From Phoronis australis (Eukaryota; Animalia; Phoronida): a stretch of DNA of 64,000 bases. The DNA is taken from the NCBI GenBank assembly GCA_002633005.1, contig NMRA01000018.1:769131-833130 (forward strand), written 5' to 3'. Below, one piece after another: positions 11,001 to 24,029 of the stretch. Each line of letters opens with the position of its first letter. Position 1 is the stretch's first letter. The position numbers and the translations under genes are program-made. The notes under the pieces are model-generated. The model saw only the letters and a list, made by a program, of their open reading frames with translations. It was not told the origin of the DNA and ran no database searches.

Positions 11001-14000
11001 AATAATTTCTCAACACATGTTTGACAACCTCTCTTCACAAAACCTCATATATCATCGCCAATTCGGATTCATGCACTGTGTCCCAACTTACAGAAATTGT
11101 ACACGAAATCCACCTCCAGTTTGAGCAAGGATACAACGTGAGATTCGTATTCTTAGACATTGCGTCAGCTTTTGATGTCGTTCCCCATGATCAGCTTCTA
11201 CATAAATTACAATCTTACGGTTTTCCAGAACTCTCTTCTCACTTTTAAAATCATATCTGGAATGTGGAACTTACAAAGTCCGAATAGAGGGTGTCTTATC
11301 ACGCTCATCAACGCCAGGTTTCCAAAATGCTGGAGTACCGCAAGGTAGCGTACCAGGCCCCTTACTCTTTTTATTGTACATCAATGATCTTCCAGACAAA
11401 ATAAACTCTAAAACATTTCTATATGCTGATGACATTGCAATTTTCTACCGATTCTCAAAAGAGAATCCCCATGACTCCTTACAATTGCAAACTGACCGAA
11501 ACAAACTCTATGACTGGTCTTGCAAATGGAAGATGAAATTTAAACCTGAAAAAAGTGTTGATCTTATATTTTCTAAGTCTAATAATACTCAATTCCAAAC
11601 AAATCCTATGCTGGAATTATCACTAAATGGGGAAGTTATTCCCAATAAGTTCACACAAAAACACCTTGGATTGCTACCAGACCACAAGCTTACATTTACT
11701 CCTCACTGTCGCGAACTCGTTCATAAAGTACAAAAACTAATCAATCCAATCAGAATTGTCTCTCGTCATCTCAACTCCATGCATCTTGAAACTCTTTTCA
11801 AGTCTTTTGTTCTTCCACATCTAGATTACTGTGACATAATCTACCAATCGGCAAACGCTGGCATACTTCTTCAAGTAGAATGACTACAATACCAAGCACC
11901 TACATTTGTATAGCCATAACAGGAGCATACAAAGGATCCCACACAATCAAGGTTCTAAACAGTCTCAATTGGAGCAAACTAGAAACCCGTAAACTCCACT
12001 TGTCCATGTATACATTCTAAGTCTTAACCAACATAAATAATTACTCAAACAAAATCCTCTTCGACTCCTACAAAAGACCTAACACGAGACCAGGACTGCG
12101 GCAAAGTAATATGCACACTGTTCCATCTTCCCTCAGCCAAGCCTTCAGGAAATCTACCATATTAACTTGTATTGACAACTGGAATTCCTTACCATCCAAA
12201 ATAAAAGAAAGCACTTCACTCGTCACTCTAAAAAAATAACTTTAAAATTCATACTACTACTCAAGAGTTGCCAGTCCCATTAACATCGTTCCAACTTCCC
12301 CGCAACCACGAAATAATCCTGACTTTACAGATCAAGATGCGGTCTATTCCTAAACAATGAGGAATTTAGACATAATTTTAATAATACTTCGCCTCTGTGT
12401 TGCTGCGGAGACGCACAGACAAATGCTCATGTTTTCTTTGCTTGTGAGGTATGCAAGGAGCAGAGGGTATAGTTTTTCAAGACACTCGAACAATACCCCA
12501 ATATTTATAAAAATATTCTGAAATTCTTCAAATGTACAACAAAATTATTTTTTTTCTGTATGGAAGTCAAGAACTCAACCCAAATGAAAATAAGGTTTTA
12601 TTCGAGATAGTATCAAAATTTCTTTTTAATATTAAATCTCTTTGTGTGAGTGGATAGAATTGTATAAATGTGTATGAAAATGATTTATTTACTTTCGTAA
12701 TCATATGTCATTGTAATCTTAAAAACACTTTTTTAATTTATGTATTTGTGTAAAATAATTGTATATAGATTTCTTTGTACTTTTTTAACCCAGATATAAT
12801 GCCTCTTGGCGCTTTCTGGGTTATGTACATTCGTTGTATCGTAGATTTTGAAATAAACATTATAAAAAATTAACCGTCGCAAATTCACAAGTTGTGACAA
12901 CTCCCACAAACCACAACAATTCCCAGTCATAAGAAACCAGTGTGGCTCCCCCAAAATGAATGAAATGGGGTGGGACGGGTTTAACGGCAGTTTTGTTTAC
13001 TGGGTGGGGAGCGATTGCCACCAATGGTAGTCTACTCAGTAGTTCCCTCAATTTGTTTTGAATAAATTGAGTAAAATATTTGTCTGTGCTCTTGTCTACT
13101 GGGATACGGAAATGTGGCCATTTCGAGACCACATACATGTACTATGCCTTCCTGACTGAATAGTCGTACGAAAAATGCCGAACATTGACTACTGTGTCGA
13201 ATCAGCGTGGTTCAGATCGCCATGTTGTGTACTTGTCATATTGCGAAGTGTGTCAATTTGTACAAAAATCGTTGAACGGTGGGTACTAACTTAGCAATAG
13301 CCAGAGCAGATCATTAGAATATCTGAGTTACCTTTGATACAATTGTCATCAAATTACACAGTTATTCTCCTGATCATAACACTAACATAACAAATTTTGC
13401 CGTCCATGAAAAGTACTCAAAATTGAAAAGTATATATCTACACTACATGCTGAGGAATTGTTTTCAAAACAAATCCGTTTTTTCAGGATATGGATATGAT
13501 TTCTGTTCGAAATGCTTGACCCAGGCTTTCTGCATTGTGCCTTTACTGGTAATTCCCTGTCCTCTGGGCCGTGCAAACAAACCTTATAAAAATGTGAATG
13601 CAGTTTGTTTAAATTTTAGATCTAGGCTGAAAAATATTGCAAAACATTTTGAATTTGACGTAGTGGCCCAGACCAGTGAACTGCGCAGTTAGAACGGGAA
13701 TGCCCATATGTAAATTTATCACAAGGAGCAGGTCATGTAACTGAACATCTAGATGATATATGAAGCAATGTGTTGCAAAACCTGGTATTACTACATGTAG
13801 CAATGTACATGATGACGTCACGCGGAAATGAACGAGCTTTGTACCGAATGAGCATTTTCTCCGAATATAGGAGCATTTCATAATCTTGTACATTAATCCA
13901 GGCATTCCAGTGGGTATGATTTGGAGAGACCTCTGAAATATGACTTGTTGTTATCTGACATTGTAATATAATGTTCAAATAAAATGAGATTGCTTTCAAC

Positions 14001-15609
14001 TAGTCCATTTGGATAGAAAATAAAACCGCAATGACCTCCCATCACCAATGAAAGGGTTAAAGAGGTTTAAATGCAGGGGAAAAGAAAAATATTTTAAAAT
14101 AGTATACTAAATGACACATGCGTAAACTGAATACATGCGTTTTGCTTACATTGGTTGATAATATTTTTGTTAAGTTCATCTGACAAAATTTGTTTGGATG
14201 AAAAATGACTTTTGAGATAGCGTTACTGGGTTTGACCAAGAAATTGTCACTAAATTTCAACATGGAATGTCTGCCTTAACCAAACCTACAGATGCGGTTT
14301 GACCAACAAGGCATGGACGTTACTACATGCTCTGTTTAGTAATGTGTTTCATCGCCAACAATTCTCGCTTCATTTTTTCTTTCGAAACTTCAATCTCAAA
14401 ATAGGAAATTTTCTGATCAGCAGTCATCGAAAACGCTCGCATACATTAGTCAGTGCTCAAAAATAGCGGCCTCAGAAGGTATTCAAGAACTAGTTTTGGT
14501 ATAGAAAGCCTTTACTATTGAATGCTTTCAATTTTGGATAGCTTTTTACAAGATGGATGAACTTATAACACCAACAACCTGCGTTATCAGTAATAGCTTC
14601 GCTACAGATTATTTTCCGATAAGAAGGGGTGCGAGACAGGGTGATTCCATGTCAGTACATACTACGAAATAACAGCTTAATAAATGGTAAACATGTTGAA
14701 AAAATGAAGTTAAAATTCTTCAGTAAAACGCCGATACTGCCTTGGATAAAAATTGTCTAAACTTTTAATTATATTCTCGGATATTGTCTAGCCTATTGCT
14801 AAATATCAAAAAGTGTAAGGGTTATCGGCTAAATCACAATCAAGGTCCATATTCGGGAGTTGACTACGTCACGGTCTGATATCAATTTTTGATCACTTAC
14901 TAAATGCCAACTGAATCTCATATGCAAAAAGTTACAAAGTTGTGCAAATTGAAAAAGAATCATGAAAATCGGACAATGTTTGAGAAATTTTTGCTTGTTT
15001 TGTCTATGAATTTCATGCATTTTTAGTGTTATGAAAGGCCATTTTAAAAATTACAATTTTTAACTATAGAAAAAAATTATTTTAATAAGTAAGCATATGA
15101 CTGGGAATAACTTGGGTCACTTTCAGAAACACTTAGATGAAGTTGTGCTTAATAATTGAGAAATGGTAGGGTTCATCATAAAACGAAATTCGTAAATTCT
15201 GTTTCCAACCCTCACTTACTGTAAAGAAGGTTAAAAACTTAAGTTAACACTTTGTAATAAAACGAACTGCAGAATATGTTAGCCTAGACAACACAGCAAA
15301 TAATTCAATATCAAAACAAACCAAAAGTATATTGGATATTGACTGGGTTCTGCTATATTGAAAATGGGCCAAAAAGGCTAACAAAATGTAGTGTACCTAC
15401 CCCCATGTGGAATTCAGTAACACAAATGGTCATTACAAATGAAATTGTTGCCTTTTAAATAGCAACATGGTGCTTATTATCATCAAAGAAAAATAAATGG
15501 CCATACAACATTATGTTACCATGTGATGCAGGAACAGTGATGTAGTTTACGTACCCCCTTTTGTAATGTACGTTCCCCAATGTTCACAAATGACATGTAA
15601 TTAAAATAT

Positions 15610-16265
15610 AACTTAGTAAGTGAGCAACATTGGTCATCAACAGTTTTCTTCTTTAAAAATGTTAGGTTAAAATTGTATTTATTGCAAATACATTTGTTTT
15701 GAGTGAAATATTAGTATTTATGTAGTGTACGTACAGCTATATATTAATTTGTGCCTATTTTCAAAAGTATGGCAAATATGCACATGAATGCTGTGCTTTT
15801 TATTTTTTCTTTGATTTAGTAAATCACTCTCAGTAGATTCTAAGTATTTAGTTACAAACCTGACATGTCATTGAAATATAGTGCAGGCACGCCTGTGTAT
15901 TGTACATGTACGTACCCCGACGTGAACAAATACCATAAAACAAAAATATTACACGGTAAGTAAGCAACATTTGTCAGACAGTTTTCTCCATTAAAGAGCT
16001 AGGTTAAAAGGGTGTTAATTAAAAATGCATTTGTTTTGAGTGAAATATTAGCAATTGAGTAGAGTACGTACCCTTATATTTTAACATGTGCCTGTTTTCA
16101 AAGAATGATAGAGATGTGCATATGTATGCTGTACTTTTTATTTGTTCCCTTTGAATAGATTTGGTAAATGAACTAACTCTCATTAGATTCTAAGTATTCT
16201 TTATAAACCTGACAAGTCATTGAAATGTAGTGTATGTACCCATGTGTAGTGTACGTACCTTAAGC
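15610..16265. repeat. Imperfect tandem duplication of ~340 bp with recurring GTACGTACC motifs
   Basis: GTAAGTGAGCAACATT...TGTTTTGAGTGAAATATTAG at ~15616-15714 is repeated at ~15956-16051. Confidence 0.65.
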
Positions 16266-16335
16266 CACTGTGATATGAATATTGCCCCCAAGTATTTTTA
16301 CACACAGCTTATCTCATGAACAATACTGATATTTC

Positions 16336-17089
16336 AACAAGAGCAACGCAGAGCGTTGAAATGCGCCCACAATTGCACCGCATACGGTATCCTTCTGGGG
16401 TTGTTTATTGGTACCATAAAGTGGCCAGTAGAGGGCATATATGTAGTATGTTGTACTTAGCAAAATGGAAAGGCATGGTCATTGTCTGCTCAATAGGCTA
16501 GGGGCAAAATGTGAGTAATCTTCATAATACAAGCACATCCTATACACCAGTTGCTTAAAGCACCACAGAAACATAGAATTAAAAACAAATTTACCAACAT
16601 ACGAGATTAGCACAGCATTAGAATGCCAGAAACAAATTTCTACTTGGAACTTTTCCTTCACAGTCACGAAGTAACACAAAGTATACACCTGAAGACCTAT
16701 GAAAATACAGAGGTCAATGTAAAATACTAAAATTGCCACTAGAGGCAAATACTAAAATTGCCACTAGAGGCATACCGGTAGTCAGAATCATCCTAAAGTC
16801 GTCATCGTCCGTTGTCAACATCACATAAATACACTTGCTAAATTTAGTAAAGATCCTGCAAACGGTTTGGGAGATACAGCCATGGGCGCAAAAAAACAAA
16901 ACTGCCACTAGGAGGCGCCACAGTAGTCCAAATCGTCTGAAAATCATTGTCAGCTGTCTTCCTTATAGTAAGCACATACACGGCAATTTTCACAATCATC
17001 CTTTGAGCGGTTTGATTGATAGGGGGGTGAACGCAAAAATACAGACTCGAAAACAGTAAAAATGGCCACTAGGTGGCGCAAACTATGTC
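16336..17089 (+). mobile_element. 3'-truncated family A copy, near-identical to 9916-10669
   Basis: About 12 substitutions in ~750 bp by eye. Shares the same internal 25-bp duplication AAATACTAAAATTGCCACTAGAGGC. Confidence 0.9.
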
Positions 17090-17096
17090 TGTTTCC

Positions 17097-19701
17097 AGCC
17101 TGGTCCCCAAGCCTCAAGATGGCGTTGATCGATTTAGCCACGTGAGGATTGGTCATGAGAAATGAAATGTGTCAAAATTCTGAAGCAATTTTACGGAAAT
17201 CGCCGGAATATCACGAGCAATATAAAAATATATCAACTTTGAAATTTTCTGCAGCATAATACAAAATGAAAACTAATTTTACATAGCAGCAATTTCGATC
17301 TAAATCATGCAAAAATGATGTATTTTTGTTTGAAAACAGAATTGAAAATAAGTACATGTACGTCAAAAACCTTTAGTTCAAACAATAACCAAAGCAACGC
17401 TTTCTGCTTCATGAATGGCAGGAACAACGCCAGTAAAAATAATTAAAATCTGCCTTCGTTTTAAAGCCTATCGTCAACGGTAACACAAGTAAATTTGGTT
17501 CCTACAGTATGTTAAGAGCATCGCTCTGAACCCACCAGTGCCATAAATTGCCAAATGTAACATAGTGGCTCGCTTTTGTCTTTGTCACCGTGAGAATCGC
17601 CTTTTAATTCAGACAGCTGCGAATAGAACACCCGAAAGCAATGGTGTTCTATTCAGACCCCTATAGACCTAATTCACGTTGCGGACGTTAAAATCCAAAG
17701 CAAAGCTCACTGCGATAAACAAAGATTAAGTTGACCTTGCGTGAGTGGTAAATGGTCGGTCTTTCGAGTCCAACCTGGATATTGAATCTTAAAAATGTGT
17801 CGATAATTAGCCACAGAGTCGTAGAAAAATATATTAGAGGACAAGTCAATGGACCAAAGAGTTGTCTGACGAAAGGGTATAAGTTTTTTTTCTGAAAACA
17901 AGGTTCGAAACATGGAAAGTAAATATGACCAAATTGCGGCGATCGCGTAATGGATTAGGTATTGTGCTGAATGCAGTGTTACGCTTGTTCTTGGAAATTG
18001 TTGATAAAATGCTTTCTACACGAACCAGGTCATCTGCTCGTATTTAGATGTCATGATGTGCAATTAGTCACATCTCGTTTAATTTGTTGATAAAGAATAA
18101 TAACATCAAGCATAGCCTAGGTCATGGTGAGGTCAGTAGGGACTACCGGGACTAATAGCTGATTTGTCATTGATCTGAAAGAATAATTGATGTTATTAAA
18201 TATATGTTTTATTAAAATAAAAAACAGGCTCGTAATTGAAAATAAAAAAAATGTTTGATCATCAGTTCTGCTTTCTTGGTGTTAATAATTCTTACGTCTG
18301 TTTGTTGTGTTAGGATTCAAATCTGGACCAAGTTGAATTTTAAAATCAAAACACCTAATTCGTTTGTCCAAAGCATATACCTCGTTTTAGAGCTCAATTT
18401 CAGTTAACTGGACAGAACAAGCATAGTTATCACGTTTCTTCAGGGGCCTCGTTTATCCGAGGGAAGTGTTTGTGCCTTCTGAGAGGGCATTCTTTCGCCG
18501 AGAGTGAGGGAAAATCTACCTCCCGATCACCATCAATAGCACCCCCTCCCTGTTGCAAGCTCTCATAGGCTACGTCTCAAGTAGCATTTTGTGCTCTTTC
18601 AAATTGTCACCTGTGTGGTAACAGGTGATTCTCAGGAGAGAATTTTTCAATTACTGAGGGGAATTTTTAGGCCTCGTAGGGGGGCTGAGCTAGGCTAGAT
18701 TCCATCTTATTGGAGATTAGAGCAATTATCGAACAAAAGAGATGTGGCCCTCCAACCTTAAATACTACAATGGAGTTCATCAGTGACGCGTAAGATATTG
18801 GCTACAGCCGTGGTCATCTTCCCATCTCGTTGTTGGGCTACAGAGTCGAACAAGTTGGGAGCAACGGTAAAACGCCGTAATGAATTTCGCGTGTTTTTTT
18901 ATTTTTAAGAGGGAAATAGGGCCGATATTCTGCTCCAAAATTGAGAGATTGAGGGCCTGTCCTTTTTGGAAAGAAAAATGCATCATGTTTCAACCCGTAG
19001 CATGGACGGCGCGCATTGAACTATAGGGGTGGCTAGGCCGCACATGGTCTATGGGCGGTGCCCAAGGGGGGCTGAGGAGGCTTGAGCCCCACACATTTTT
19101 CAGTGTTGTGCCACCCATGCGTAGTCATGAAAACACAGTCTGGCTGGCAGAAGATTTTCCGGTCGTTGCTATGATGTTTGCGGCAACCGAGATGCGACAA
19201 AATATGATCTAACTTTTCGAAAACATTTATAAATTTTACACGGACATATTTTCCTTCGTCGCGGCGTATGGCAACGATCCAACGCTTCGAATCTCAACGT
19301 CCTTAGGGGAAACAGACTGTTGAGAGTCCGTATTTTTTCAAGCCGTTCAAGCAACAGGAATGCAACTATGCCGATAAGCCAACAGAGCAATCGTAGCGAG
19401 CCTCGTTTTGGAACGCTCCTCCTGTTGGCGTGAATTAACCCTTTTGTTGTTTATGCTGGGATCTCGCAGTGACGCAGGCAGCTTCACTTATCATTTGACG
19501 GGCTTACACTTGCGTGATTGAACTCGCATTTTCTTATTTTACTTAGACTGCGCTAGGACTATCTCGTTAGCCATATACATCTAAAGTAACAAAATTCCGT
19601 TGAAGTTAGGCTTTAATGACGTCGAGGCAGCGGCTAATCATAGCGTAGAAAGCCTCCAATGATTACCGATCAACGCCATCGTGAGGCTTGGGGACGAGGC
19701 C
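17097..19701. mobile_element. TIR MITE (AGCCTGGTCCCCAAGCCT...AGGCTTGGGGACGAGGC) split by a TTAA insertion
   Basis: TIRs at both ends. The body is the reverse complement of the uninterrupted copy at 61669-62160. Confidence 0.75.
17465..19612. mobile_element. TTAA-duplicating non-autonomous DNA transposon (Kolobok-like, AG...CT ends)
   Basis: TTAA|AGCCTATCGTCAACGG...CCGTTGAAGTTAGGCT|TTAA. The paralogous MITE has a single TTAA at ~61772. Confidence 0.7.
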
Positions 19702-22129
19702 GTTCTGTCTCCAGAGCAAGTGATGGCAGCTGTGAAGAGGCCGCACGAGGGTGGAGGGACTAAAAACCTATCGGCTAGTCGCTAGATGACATTTGGACGA
19801 GCTAAAGCTATCAGATACCTATGCTCTGGACGCACGCAGTTTCCTTCTTGCTTGAAGTGGCCACACTCTCTCCAGAGTATTATGTCACTGAATAACAATG
19901 AAGATCAACAAAAACGAGAACAATTATAACAGGTCGACACTTTGACCACTCTTTCCGCAACATTGTATTTGAGCTACTAGCCTCATTCACACAAAATAGT
20001 GGAAGGGAGGGCCATGACACAAAGCGGTATAAACCTGCACTTAGTCCACAGCCTGACGTTACCACAGAATCCAGATGAGCTGTCTCAGAGACAGCTAGAA
20101 TTATTAGATGAATATTGATTGGCAGCTGCGGTACTGACTCGTAGTAGCTATTTTCGTTTTAGCAGTCGTTGATAAGTTAGTTCACATGTGAGGTATGATA
20201 GGGTAATCGTTCTTCCCGGCTCACTGATAATACTGTAAAAATACGATAAGAAGGTCCATAGAAACCTAATGCTAAAACATTAGATAAGATAAATCTTACT
20301 CACGCTAAGGTTAAAAATATAAAATAAAAAGTCTAAGTATAAAACGCATTACTACTGTGAAAAGTGACTTGTTCCACAATGCATGGATTACACAACATTT
20401 AAGACGAAACTCATTTATAGCACAGGCAATGAAATTAAAAGAAGAGGCATCCAGACAGCATAAAATCGATAGCATGTTTTCGTATACCGAACTCGATTTA
20501 TAGCACAGGATATCAAAATGGTACATACATGTACTCATCTGTGCTACAACTTAAAAAATCTAGGAATCGCTTGCATCCATTAAGAAATGAGGTATTAAAC
20601 AACCATTATTAATACAAGACCATAGTTTCAGGTTTAGTCGCAACGTCGAACTATAATACATACTATACAAAGACAAATACATTAGACACATAATTATGTC
20701 CTCATTGGTGGTTGAGCTGCCGAAGCCATATTAGTGCGACTAGAGTTTCCCATGAACAGAATAGTGTCGTCAATAGTTGGGAGTATATCCATTGTCGTCA
20801 TAAGCGATAGTCAAAAGTATTCGCACGTTTTAGTGCGTTTACTAAAACCAAAGGAAACACATGAGTTAGTGAGTAAGATCCGTGTGTTTAGACGTCAACC
20901 CCCAAAATAACAAATCAACTCGGTTGCGTCACGTGTTTTTCCTTGTTATTAATTGTTTCCTGCTGCATAAACCATAAACAACATTTGCGAGCACAGTTTT
21001 GGAAATGAGACATACCAGTTTCTTCGTTTTGTTTTAGTGTTTCAAATTCGCAGCGATTCTTAATTCAAGACCATGAATTACTCACAGTCCTAAAGTTCAG
21101 TGTAAGCGACCTATCAAGCACACGTTATGCTGAAAATATCATTATTCAACTTGTGACTTACGTAGTGTACTGTAGACCGGTCTTCACCATTTTATCGTAC
21201 AAACCGCTATCAGTGGTCGTAAATGGTACTTACCCGAAACACAAACAGTAACATACGGTCATTTTGTAATGAACTATGACCAACCAGCAGATAGCCGTTA
21301 TCTCACAGCTATGGCGACAATGACGAGGTCACTCGCATACACGCTACACACCGCTCAAGTCAATATTTCAGAGCTCTAGAGCTTACATAACAGTCGTTCG
21401 AAAATTCAATAGCCTCACTGTATGGTGGTGCTCACTTCTCAATAGCTAGCTTGTGATGACAATAAAGTAAAAACCAATCCTCACTGTCGGCCGCGACCAA
21501 AGCTTCATGCAATGCCTGGGAGATCTCGGAAACAAATTGTAATCCTGAGAGCTGGTTCCCACCTGACCCGTAGGGTCTACAGCTAACACGAATTAAGCTA
21601 CTTATCACAAATTTGGATTGTTAAAGTAATATTAGGCAGATGCTGCCTACACTTGGTGTGGCTGACAGACGGGTGTCCTCCCTGTCAAGTCGTCGGCCAA
21701 ATGGGCCACAGGGGAATCTCATAAACCACGTCTGTCACCAATCTCGGTGGGAGGGGGCAATTTATGACTATTCTGGTGGGGGGGGGGGCAATTTTGTTTT
21801 GATGTTCCTGATGTCAACCCGTTACCTGTCATTTCCCTGTCACAGACATGATCATTTGGCATATGCTGGTGCATTAATCCCCCTGCACTCCGACCCAGAC
21901 CATCTCCGTGACAACAGAGGGCGTAACAACCCAAGGCTGATGTTGCCTGCAGCCAACTGGCTCGACGACACACTTGTACAGCTCTTGTTGTCAGTGGTAG
22001 TAGCATGGCCACATGTGATATAATCCCAAAGCAGTTGGCTCCCATCGTCAAGCCAAAAATTGTACGGAATATCGAATTTCGCAACATGCAGACGACACAT
22101 TAATTATAACAAATTGGATGGGTGGAATT

Positions 22130-22980
22130 TGTCATTCATGGTTGGCTACCATATTGTTCGCTGGTGTCTCCGGTCTCCAAGTGGATGTGGATAAGACAAA
22201 AGCCACGTGTTATGGAAGTGAAACTGGCAGTGATGACGTGATTCCTACAAAAGAAAGTCTTTCGTGGACAAAATTTTTTTTATTTGTTTGGGGGTGGATT
22301 TTGACACTCAATTGGATGGTATGACGCAAAAAACTTCACTGCAAGAGTGACTGATATTAAGTCTTTATTCAAAAGATGAAGTCGATGAAATTTAACGCCG
22401 TTTGATAGACTAACTGTACAAACGCTAGCTATTTCTAAACTTAATTTTGTGTTGTCAAGTTTATCAAATCCACCAGTAAAGGTCCTGATCGAATGAATTG
22501 AATACCGTCGGTATTCTTTAGATTTGTGTGACAGGCTCGTAATGATAAAATTGAACGAAATACGGCCTGTATAGAACTAGATCAACGGGGACGTCAAATA
22601 GTTAATGTACATACTTTAAGCAAAGCTTTAAAACTCGGTATGTTCCGTAGATATTTTGAAAGCCCCGCGTCTAAAAGTGGTCAGTTACTGTTACTCTACC
22701 CGTTTCTAAAGAATTTTGCTTCACTTGGAGAAGACTTTATTGAGTCGAAGTTAACTCTAATTGATAGTTCCTGTTGACGCGACGTATTTGGAAGTATGAC
22801 ATCTTTTTATAATCGCTGCGAATAAAGAAGACTTTTTGAATCAACATTTGTGATTTACTGGAAACTTGGGTATCGAAGGCAGAAGTGTTTTTATAAGTCT
22901 TGGTTTGTAAAAGGATTATGATTTGTCAGAGATATGTACCTTTGTGTCAGAAATTTAACTGTAGGTTTGTTTAAAAGGTA
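22130..22980 (+). mobile_element. Degenerate L1/Tx1-clade RT fragment
   Basis: Broken frames give KTKA..GS, NLTPF..LTV, TLAISKLNF and KALK motifs typical of the Tx1 RT C-terminal region. Confidence 0.55.
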
Positions 22981-23705
22981 GCTATGTGTAGATGGAGAGA
23001 GAATGATTAAATCCAGTAATTAATTTATTATAAGATAACCACTAATTAGACCATATCCCAGCAAAGCCTGGTGAAGTAAAGCTCGAAAGCGCCGCGTTTT
23101 ACATAGCGAAGTGTCTGGTAGCGCACAAAAGATTTCTGTGGACTTATCAGCATAAGATCTCCATGCACATGTACGTAACGAGCCCCACTGTGTGATCTGA
23201 GTACACTGGCAATTGACCGGTCATAAAACTGTATTACTTCAGCCTAGTTGTTTTCAGTCCCAAAAACACAACTTATCAACTTTTTGTCGGCGGTCACGTT
23301 TGATATTTTATTGAATTTTTTCCGCAACAATGTATCATATTCATTACGCCACATCTTAAATGTCAATTATCATGTAGTGTTTGATTTTACTTTATTTCTG
23401 TTTCTGTTGACGAAGGACGTTATTATATCCGAAAATTTCAGTTGATCCATTCTTGTTTTATTTACCTATTTATATTTTATTCGAATTCGTGACGAAAAAT
23501 ACCGCAGAACGATACCTCACACTTTCGGCTCTGGCCCTAAACACGTATGACTACCTACGCGACTCGTTCAGTTCATTCTGTTAGAAAAGTTTCAAAAAAT
23601 AGCAAAATATGTGTTTAAAAAATGTTTGAAAAGGTTCTTGTCGATTAGTATCGCACAGTGTAGCACATTTTGATGCGTTGGCATAATTTTTGAAACTATT
23701 CCAAC

Positions 23706-24029
23706 CACGGGTGAGAAACATGACCGCCGGTCCTTTTAAATCGGACCGCCTCACCCAAAACAGGACCTCCAGGGATCAAATGGGACTGTCGCACCAGAAA
23801 ATGGGACAGACGCACCTAAAAACATGACCGCCCCATCAGAAAACAGGACCGTCGGGGACTGAACATGACCGCCGGACAATATGCGCTTTCAATCCCCGGC
23901 GGTCCTGTTTTGTGGTGGGGCGGTCATGTTTTTAGGTGCGTCAGTCCCATTTTCTGACGCGACTGTCCCATTTGATCCCCGGAGGCCCTGTTTCGGGTGA
24001 GTCAGTCCGATTGTTGTTTCTCACCCGTG
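23706..24029. mobile_element. 324-bp foldback MITE with CAC...GTG termini and 5-bp TSD (Transib-like)
   Basis: CCAAC|CACGGGTGAGAAACA...TGTTTCTCACCCGTG|CCAAC. The arms are complementary over most of the length and built from ~20-bp GGACCG/TGACCGCC subrepeats. Confidence 0.75.

Larger units (their letters stand above)
8300..12870 (+). mobile_element. Degenerate CR1-group non-LTR retrotransposon (2A peptide, APE endonuclease, RT, 3' UTR), interrupted at 9916-11000
   Basis: APE motifs (LFTNINSI, GGRGL, GDFNA, INEPTR, CLDLCITN, SDHHVI), KNKPWFN, and RT motifs (QFGF, FLDIASAFDVVPH, GVPQGSVPGPLLFLLYINDL, YADD, KHLGL, LPHLDYCDIIY). Many frameshifts. Ends with AATAAA and an A-rich tail at ~12852-12870. 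The 5' boundary is approximate. Confidence 0.9.

Noticed and set aside
14277-15234. piggyBac-like MITE (TTAACC...GGTTAA)
   Set aside because: The terminal match is too weak to distinguish from chance in AT-rich DNA.
20300-20800. Minus-strand LINE C-terminal zinc-finger remnant (MYHFDILC)
   Set aside because: A single weak motif with no supporting RT sequence.
21640-22100. Overlapping 120-aa ORFs on both strands
   Set aside because: No motifs or splice support; explained by locally higher GC.
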